From the NCBI GenBank assembly GCA_007121015.1, contig SKMN01000022.1, forward strand, positions 19,027 to 83,026: a stretch of 64,000 bases of DNA, given 5' to 3'. Source of the DNA: Coriobacteriia bacterium (lineage in GTDB: Bacteria > Actinomycetota > Coriobacteriia > Anaerosomatales > SLCP01). This document shows, piece after piece, positions 58,325 to 64,000 of the stretch. The notes beneath the pieces were generated by a model, which searched no databases, was not told the origin of the DNA, and was given only the letters and a program-made list of their open reading frames with translations. Within the stretch, counting starts at the first letter, position 1; each line of letters opens with the position of its first letter. The position numbers were made by a program, and so were the translations under genes.

Positions 58325-58463
58325 GCTCCGCACCTCCTTCTCCCCTCTGCGGGGATTCCGGACCCGGCGAACCAGGCCAATACTGCTCTTATGCAGTCGT
58401 ATCGGCATCATTCGATCTCGGCTTTAACACGATTCGCCGCGCGCATCGATCGACGCTAGCGGA

Positions 58464-59675
58464 TCAGTCGATCAGCGTGATGATGTTGAACATCGGCAGG
58501 TACAAAGCCACGACCATGCCGCCGACGATCGCGCCGAGCGACGCCATCATGAGAGGCTCGATGAGGGACGTCAGGCCGTCCACCGCCGCTGAGACCTCTT
58601 CGTCATAGAAATCAGCGATCTTGTTGAGCATCGCGTCGAGCGCACCGGTCTCCTCTCCCACCGCGATCATCTGTACGAGCATCGAGGGGAACACGCCCGA
58701 CTCGGCAAGCGGCTTGGCGATCGTCTCCCCCTCCTTGATCGCGGAACGGGTGTTCTTCACCGCTTCCGCCACGACCGCGTTCCCGGCGGTATCGGCAACG
58801 ATATCGAGTGCGGACAGGATGGGTACACCCGCGGACACGAGCGTGCCGAACGTGCGCGTGAACTTGGCGAGAGACATCTTCCTGATCATCCCGCCAAAGA
58901 TCGGCATGCGCAGTTTGGCGGAGTCCCAGATGTAGCGACCGGACGTCGTACTGGTCCAGAAGCGGAATCCGAACACCAGGGCCACCATGCCCAGGAGCAA
59001 GAACACACCTCCGATGCCTGCGACGAAGTCAGATAGATCGACCAGGATCTGGGTCATGAGCGGCAACTCCCCGCCCATCGATGTGAACATCCCTTCGAAC
59101 ACCGGGACGACGAACACCATCATGGCAGCGAGCACGATGAGTACGAGGCTGCCCATCGCTACCGGATACGTCATCGCGGACTTGATCTTGCCCTTGAGCG
59201 CCAGCTCCCGCTCGAAGTGATCGGCGACTCGCACGAGCACCTCGTCGAGCACACCACCGGTCTCACCGGCCCGCACCATGTTGACGAATATCGGCGGGAA
59301 CACCTTGGGGTGTTTCACGAGGGCGTCCGAGAGTGACTGGCCCGCCTCGACGTCCTTGGATACCAGCTGGATGACGTCTCTCAGTCCATCGCTCTCGGTC
59401 TGACCGGCAAGGATGCTCAGGCACTTGGTGAGCGAGAGACCGGCGTTGATCATCGTCGCGAACTGACGAGCGAAGACGGCGACGTCCTTGACCTTGACGC
59501 CCGTGCCGAACTTGATCTGCCCCATCGCAGCGAGCTGGGACTGCTGGTCGAGCTCGAGGATGATATAGCCCATCTGGCGGAGTTTCGCACTCACCGCCTC
59601 GCGGCTGTCGCCCTCGAGTGATCCCTTTACGACCTTGCCGGCCTTGTCGCGCACCGAGTAGTTGAATACCGCCAT
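58464..59675 (-). CDS. pilC: type IV pilus platform protein PilC (GspF family)
   Basis: Two GspF repeats (LSILAGQTE...L....V..G..LS.AL..HP.VFP and a second copy) and three TM segments. Confidence 0.93.
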   Translation of the reverse strand: MAVFNYSVRDKAGKVVKGSLEGDSREAVSAKLRQMGYIILELDQQSQLAAMGQIKFGTGVKVKDVAVFARQFATMINAGLSLTKCLSILAGQTESDGLRDVIQLVSKDVEAGQSLSDALVKHPKVFPPIFVNMVRAGETGGVLDEVLVRVADHFERELALKGKIKSAMTYPVAMGSLVLIVLAAMMVFVVPVFEGMFTSMGGELPLMTQILVDLSDFVAGIGGVFLLLGMVALVFGFRFWTSTTSGRYIWDSAKLRMPIFGGMIRKMSLAKFTRTFGTLVSAGVPILSALDIVADTAGNAVVAEAVKNTRSAIKEGETIAKPLAESGVFPSMLVQMIAVGEETGALDAMLNKIADFYDEEVSAAVDGLTSLIEPLMMASLGAIVGGMVVALYLPMFNIITLID

Positions 59676-59725
59676 CTGACACTCTCCTCGCGTCTATCTA
59701 CATCGAGCCCACACCCGACGATGGA

Positions 59726-61396
59726 TCAGACGATGACGCGCAGGACCTCCTCGACGGAGGTCTGACCCATCCGCACCTTTTCGAGACCGTCCTGCTTCAA
59801 CGTCCGCATGCCATCGGCGATGGCTACCTTCTTTATCTCTTCGGCAGTTGCCTCGGCGACCGTTAATCTGCTGATCTCTTCGCTGAGGAGAAGAACCTCG
59901 TGTACGCCCATGCGGCCGCGGTATCCGGTGTTGCCGCACTTCTTGCATCCGACCGCCTTGTAGATGCTGTCAGGCAGGTTGTCCTCGGGGAATCCCGCGT
60001 CGATGAGTGCCTTGGAGCTCGGCGAGTACTCTTCCTTGCACTCCGTGCATAGTCGCCTACAGAGTCGCTGCGCGAGAACGCAGTCGAGGGCCGATGACAC
60101 GAGGAAGGGTTCGACCCCCATCTCGACGAGACGCGTGACGGCGCCCGCGGCGTCGTTGGTGTGGAGCGTCGACAGCACGAGGTGTCCGGTGAGCGCCGAC
60201 TCGATGGCGATCTGCGCCGTCTCCTGGTCGCGGATCTCGCCCACGAGGATGATGTCGGGCGAACACCGCAAAAACGAACGCAGCGCTCGGGCGAACGTGA
60301 GGCCTGACTTCGTGTTGATCTGACACTGGTTCACGCCGGGAAGGCGGTACTCGACCGGGTCCTCGGCGGTGAGAATGTGGCGGTCGGGCGAGTTGAGCAC
60401 GTTGACTGCGGCGTACAGTGAGGTCGACTTGCCCGAGCCGGTGGGACCGGTCACGAGGATGGCGCCGTACGGCTTGCGGAACGACGACTCGAACCGCCCG
60501 AGGGCGTCGGGCAGGAAGCCGAGGTCCTTCAGTTCGAGCAGGATCGCGTCTTTGCGCAGGATACGGAGCACGACCCGCTCGCCGTACACGGTCGGGAGCG
60601 AGGACACCCGGAAGTCGATCTGGTGTCCGCCGATGGTCACCGCGCAGTGGCCGTCCTGGGGACGGCGCGATTCGGCGATGTCCATCTCGGCCATGATCTT
60701 GAAGCGGCTGATGATCGATGACTGCACGGCCTTGGGGCTGCGCATGACCTCGTGGAGCACGCCGTCGACGCGGAACCGCACGCGCATGTCAGTCTCTTGC
60801 GGTTCGATGTGGATGTCGCTCGCCCTGTCTGCGACCGCTTTGTTGATGATGTAGTTGACGAGCTTGACGATCGGCGCGTCGGAGGTCACGTCGGTGAGCT
60901 GCTCGAGGTCCGACTCGTCGAGCTCTTCGACGGGAGTCCCAGCGTCGAGCTCGGTCTGCTCGGCGACCTTGTAGTACTCCTCGATCGCCGAGATGATGTC
61001 GTCTTTCGTCGAGATGGCAGGCTTGATCTCGTGCCCGGTGATGATACGCAAGTCGTCGAGCGCGAGCACGTTCTGCGGATCCGCCATCGCGACTACGAGT
61101 TCGCCGTCGACGATCTGTACCGGCATGAGCGTGTAGCGCTCGGCTAGGTCACGGGGTACCGCTGCCACCGCGTCGGGCGTGGGCTTGCGCGCGGAGAAGT
61201 CGATGTACTCGATGCCGATCTGAGCGGCCATGACGGACAGGATGGCGCCCTGCGTCGCATAGCCGAGGTCGACAAGGACGCGACCGAGGGGCGATCCGGT
61301 CGCCTTGTGGACCTCAAGCGCATCGTTGAGCTGTCGCTCTGTGATGATCCCGGCCCGCATGAGGAGCTGACCGAGTCGGTGTCCGGCTTCCGCCAC
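59726..61396 (-). CDS. pilB: type IV pilus assembly ATPase PilB (GspE family)
   Basis: N-terminal MshEN/T2SSE_N-like domain, Walker A GPTGSGKST, Asp and His boxes, and a tetracysteine motif (CTEC...CKKCGNTGYRGR). I chose the GTG at 61394-61396 because GGGAGAGG lies 9 nt upstream. The track start is 61450. Confidence 0.93.
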   Translation of the reverse strand: MAEAGHRLGQLLMRAGIITERQLNDALEVHKATGSPLGRVLVDLGYATQGAILSVMAAQIGIEYIDFSARKPTPDAVAAVPRDLAERYTLMPVQIVDGELVVAMADPQNVLALDDLRIITGHEIKPAISTKDDIISAIEEYYKVAEQTELDAGTPVEELDESDLEQLTDVTSDAPIVKLVNYIINKAVADRASDIHIEPQETDMRVRFRVDGVLHEVMRSPKAVQSSIISRFKIMAEMDIAESRRPQDGHCAVTIGGHQIDFRVSSLPTVYGERVVLRILRKDAILLELKDLGFLPDALGRFESSFRKPYGAILVTGPTGSGKSTSLYAAVNVLNSPDRHILTAEDPVEYRLPGVNQCQINTKSGLTFARALRSFLRCSPDIILVGEIRDQETAQIAIESALTGHLVLSTLHTNDAAGAVTRLVEMGVEPFLVSSALDCVLAQRLCRRLCTECKEEYSPSSKALIDAGFPEDNLPDSIYKAVGCKKCGNTGYRGRMGVHEVLLLSEEISRLTVAEATAEEIKKVAIADGMRTLKQDGLEKVRMGQTSVEEVLRVIV

Positions 61397-61508
61397 GTAC
61401 GCTGACCTCTCCCGGATCTGCGGCTGTGCCGCGTGACGACCCGATGGCACGGCTCACACTCGGCCTAATGGTACGACATCGACAGCAACGCTGGCACGGT
61501 GTTGTTGC

Positions 61509-62564
61509 TCAGGAACCTTCGCGGGCCCGCGACAGCTCCTCCAAGAGCGACGATGCGTAGCGCTGGAACAACTCGAAGGTCTTAGTGCCCTCTTTCACTC
61601 CCACACGAGTGTCACCGAACCACATCTCGACAGGCGACACCGGGTCGAACTCGGGTGCGTCACGGCCGGGCGCGGGCTCTGCGGGCGGCTCCGCCTCGCC
61701 GACGGCGACCTGTGGCATGACCGTATCGAGCCACGAGTCATCGATCGGCGTTGCGACCGGAGGAGCAGGGGGCGCCTCTCCGGCCCTGTGGGCGACTGGG
61801 GGCTCGGGTACCACCTCGGCTACCGGCTCGACCTCCGGCAGCAGGTCGACCTCCGGCAGCGGTTCGGGTTCGAGCAGCGGTTCGGAATCGGGTTCGGGCA
61901 CGACCTCGGAGACGGGCTCGGGCGCGATCCCTGAGGCAGGCCCGAGTTCCGGAAGCGGTTCGGGCTCCGGTGCAGGCTCGGGCTCGGTGAGCGGACCGGG
62001 GGCGGGTACGGTCGGCTTAGGGACCTCTCTCGCAACAGGCAGCGAGCCGGGCGTCTGCAACAGCTCCGGCTTCGGAGATGACACCGGTTCGGCCGGAGCT
62101 ACGGTGGGAGTCTCTAGCGGGGCGACCGGCGCCGGTGGCGGCTTTGGGGGTTCCAGGGTCTCGGGCACGCGCTCGACCTCGGCGACGACCGCCGGTTCCG
62201 GCGACGCCTCGGGCTCCGCGTCGGCGGCATGCGCTTGCTGCTCGTCAGGGACGACCGGGGCAGACGGACCGGTGTACCCTGCTGGCGATCCCTCGGCAGA
62301 AGGCTCCGGTCGCCAGTCCCCGATGCGCAGCGGAGCGGAAAGGACGTCCTGCGCGGCGGGCGTCCCCGACTCCGGCCAGTCGATCTCGACAGGTTCGCCA
62401 GCCTCACGATCCGTGTCGCGTTCCTCGTCCCGACCCAGGCCCACGAGTACCGCGCGTGCCGCCTCATGCTCTTTGCGCGAGCGCGATGCAGCAACGAGCA
62501 GGTACACCAGCGACCCCAGGAGCAGGATGAAAGTCCCGGCCACGATGTACAGCCGAGGATCCAT
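61509..62564 (-). CDS. N-terminally anchored Pro/Glu-rich protein with a short conserved-looking C-terminal module
   Basis: ATG 3 nt after the GTPase stop. The TM segment ([22 protein letters not shown]) is followed by SRSRKEH, so positive-inside topology places the rest in the cytoplasm. About 250 aa are rich in P, E, V and A. The C-terminus [34 protein letters not shown] is non-repetitive. Confidence 0.65.
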   Translation of the reverse strand: MDPRLYIVAGTFILLLGSLVYLLVAASRSRKEHEAARAVLVGLGRDEERDTDREAGEPVEIDWPESGTPAAQDVLSAPLRIGDWRPEPSAEGSPAGYTGPSAPVVPDEQQAHAADAEPEASPEPAVVAEVERVPETLEPPKPPPAPVAPLETPTVAPAEPVSSPKPELLQTPGSLPVAREVPKPTVPAPGPLTEPEPAPEPEPLPELGPASGIAPEPVSEVVPEPDSEPLLEPEPLPEVDLLPEVEPVAEVVPEPPVAHRAGEAPPAPPVATPIDDSWLDTVMPQVAVGEAEPPAEPAPGRDAPEFDPVSPVEMWFGDTRVGVKEGTKTFELFQRYASSLLEELSRAREGS

Positions 62565-62567
62565 CGG

Positions 62568-63095
62568 CTACCCCATGCTCTCGAGGATGCGGTAGAGCAG
62601 GCCGAGGAGCACGGCCTTCACCGAATCCTTGTCGCGCGCGTCGACCGGCAGCAGCGGGACACTCTCGTCGATCGCGAGGGCCGCGCGTACCTGTCGCAGC
62701 GCATCGAGGTCATCGGCTGCAACCTTGTTGGCCGCCACGACGAACGGCACGTCCGACATGTCGCGGAAGAAGGCGATCATGTTCTTGGCATCGGCGATGG
62801 AGTCCTCGGCCGTTGCGTCCACGAGGAGCACGAAGCCAAGCATGCCTTCCGAGAGCGTCTCCCACATGAAGGAGAAACGCTCCTGACCCGGCGTGCCGAA
62901 GAGGTAGAGGACCACGTCGTCGGAGACGGTGATCCGGCCGAAGTCCATGGCGACCGTCGTCTCACCGGCTGCCTCGTTGGAGACATCGCTCACGTGGCGC
63001 TCGGTCGAGAGCACGGTAATCTCGCTCACCGCCTTGATGAACGTTGTCTTGCCCGCGTTGAACGGTCCGGTCACGACGACTTTAACCGACTGCAT
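62568..63095 (-). CDS. small Ras-like GTPase of the MglA/CvnD (COG2229-like) type
   Basis: P-loop GPFNAGKT. The switch I region is ETTVAMDFG. Switch II reads LFGTPGQERF, the PGQ form lacking the Asp of DxxGQ that is typical of MglA/CvnD. G4 is the degenerate NKVA, and G5-like is DARDKDSV. The protein is 175 aa. Confidence 0.85.
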   Translation of the reverse strand: MQSVKVVVTGPFNAGKTTFIKAVSEITVLSTERHVSDVSNEAAGETTVAMDFGRITVSDDVVLYLFGTPGQERFSFMWETLSEGMLGFVLLVDATAEDSIADAKNMIAFFRDMSDVPFVVAANKVAADDLDALRQVRAALAIDESVPLLPVDARDKDSVKAVLLGLLYRILESMG

Positions 63096-63114
63096 CAGGC
63101 CGCCTTCTCATCCG

Positions 63115-63999
63115 TCATAGCTTCTTCACGCCCTCTATGATCTTGAGCACAAGATCCTTGTCCACCGTCTGGTCCCGCTTCAAGCCGACCTCCTGGCCGG
63201 GCTCCGGGATCTTGTTGACGCTCGCCTGCGGACGAGAGCGCTCGACACCCGTCAGCGCGTTGAGTTCGTCTCCGAGTCCGCTTCGGATGCTGATGTCGAA
63301 GTCGCCGTCGTCGAACTCGGCCAAGAACGAGTCGGTGGAGATAACGCCCTCCGTGGGTACCGGCTCGTCCCGGAACGTGTCGCTCTGGATGCGGCCGACC
63401 GGCTCCTCTACGGAAAGCTCGTTTAGGGATTCGAGGATCTCGCCGAAGTCCGTGGAGGCGGCGGGAGCTTCGGTCTCCGGTTCCTCCGCGACGACATCGG
63501 CCTCCGAGGCCGGATCCGCGACACCGGCAGGTTCCGCCACCTGTCGTGTCGGCTCCTCCGAGAGGTCCAGAGCTCCAAGCGAGACCTGCGGGCTTGCCGG
63601 AGGCTCCGTCTCCGGCTCGGGCTCGACTTCGGGCTCGGACTCTGTCTCCGGCTCGGGCTCGACTTCGAGTTCGGGTTCGGGTGCGATATCCGGCTCAGGC
63701 TCAGGCTCCACTGCCGCAGTTTCCGGCTCCAATAGGTCCGAGCCGGGGAACTCGCCGAGTCCGAGCGCCATGAGATCTCGCTCGAGGTCCGGCTCGAACT
63801 CCTCTTCGGGTTCCGGCTCCGGTTCCGGTTCCGGTTCGGGTTCGGGTTCCGGTTCCGGCTCCGGTTCCAGTTCCGGTTCCGGTTCCGGCTCCGGCTCCGG
63901 TTCCGGTTCCGGCTCCGGTTCCGGTTCCGGTTCCGGTTCCGGTTCGGGTTCCGGTTCGGGTTCGGGCTCGGCAGTCGGGGCCATCGGCTTTTCGAGCAC
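63115..63999 (-). CDS. acidic (Pro-Glu)n repeat protein; 5' end may lie beyond the window
   Basis: The ORF is open to the window edge. The first in-window start candidates are the GTG at 63999 and the ATG at 63984. It contains about 28 consecutive PE dipeptides, further EP-rich segments, and a non-repetitive C-terminus (...[23 protein letters not shown]...[15 protein letters not shown]). Its stop is 19 nt before the GTPase ATG. Confidence 0.6.
   Translation of the reverse strand: MLEKPMAPTAEPEPEPEPEPEPEPEPEPEPEPEPEPEPEPEPELEPEPEPEPEPEPEPEPEPEPEEEFEPDLERDLMALGLGEFPGSDLLEPETAAVEPEPEPDIAPEPELEVEPEPETESEPEVEPEPETEPPASPQVSLGALDLSEEPTRQVAEPAGVADPASEADVVAEEPETEAPAASTDFGEILESLNELSVEEPVGRIQSDTFRDEPVPTEGVISTDSFLAEFDDGDFDISIRSGLGDELNALTGVERSRPQASVNKIPEPGQEVGLKRDQTVDKDLVLKIIEGVKKL
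63608..63667 (-). repeat. 24-bp perfect direct repeat, two copies at 36-bp spacing
   Basis: GTCTCCGGCTCGGGCTCGACTTCG occurs at 63608-63631 and again at 63644-63667. Both copies encode EVEPEPET within the same ORF. Confidence 0.8.
63805..63972 (-). repeat. 28 tandem hexanucleotide units (coding-strand consensus CCGGAA = Pro-Glu)
   Basis: Counted directly. On plus there are 28 contiguous units of TTCCGG, CTCCGG or TTCGGG, one TTCCAG variant (Leu-Glu) and a terminal CTCGGC. All are in frame with ORF 63115..63999. Confidence 0.9.
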
Positions 64000-64000
64000 C

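Noticed and set aside
58325-58463. Search for a sigma-54 promoter or a c-di-GMP-type riboswitch upstream of pilA
   Set aside because: Only a TTGGCC...CGCC string with the wrong GG/GC spacing is present. I could see no riboswitch-like conserved core. A strong SD is there but no convincing promoter call.
61492-61508. Sigma-54-like TGGCAC...TTGC element near the pilB upstream region
   Set aside because: The spacing between TGGCAC and TTGC is 7 nt instead of the strict 5. The element is also on the plus strand, pointing away from pilB into the antisense of the upstream gene.
63805-63972. Hexamer tract considered as a CRISPR array or non-coding satellite
   Set aside because: The units are 6 bp with no spacers. 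The whole tract is in frame within a long ORF and encodes Pro-Glu. It is a coding microsatellite, not a CRISPR array.

Overview
High-GC bacterial chromosome segment. Hand counts give about 67-70% GC in two housekeeping samples. The organisation looks actinobacterial: SepF and DivIVA are present, FtsA is absent, ileS carries a T-box, and the tlyA-nadK-recN and pyrG...xerD neighbourhoods are present. There are about 70 genes, almost all on the minus strand, and many are joined by 1-4 nt stop/start overlaps. Reading the minus strand from right to left: (1) a small MglA/CvnD-type GTPase flanked by two Pro/Glu-repeat proteins, directly upstream of (2) a type IV pilus (T4P) locus. The locus holds pilB, pilC, pilA and pilD, then three minor pilins in PilV/W/X (GspI/J/K) order, two of them over 500 aa, then pilM, pilN, pilO and a PilP-like gene. 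(3) aroC-aroK-aroB-aroQ-pepP-efp-pycB-accC-asp23-nusB-xseB-dxs-tlyA-nadK-recN. (4) murJ (plus strand), pyrG, an M20 peptidase, ald and xerD. (5) Small membrane and lipoprotein genes on the plus strand. (6) A complete dcw cluster from mraZ to ftsZ, with a candidate MraZ operator. (7) A DUF4013-like gene on the plus strand. (8) pgeF-pstSCAB-phoU-yggS-sepF-proC-yggT-divIVA-DUF167. (9) A T-box leader and the 5' end of ileS. By eye I found no rRNA, tRNA, CRISPR array, transposase or prophage. The best candidate for something undescribed is the GTPase/PE-repeat module fused to the pilus locus, together with the enlarged minor pilins and a PilP-like protein with no secretin nearby. All domain calls come from reading the translations. 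No searches were run.
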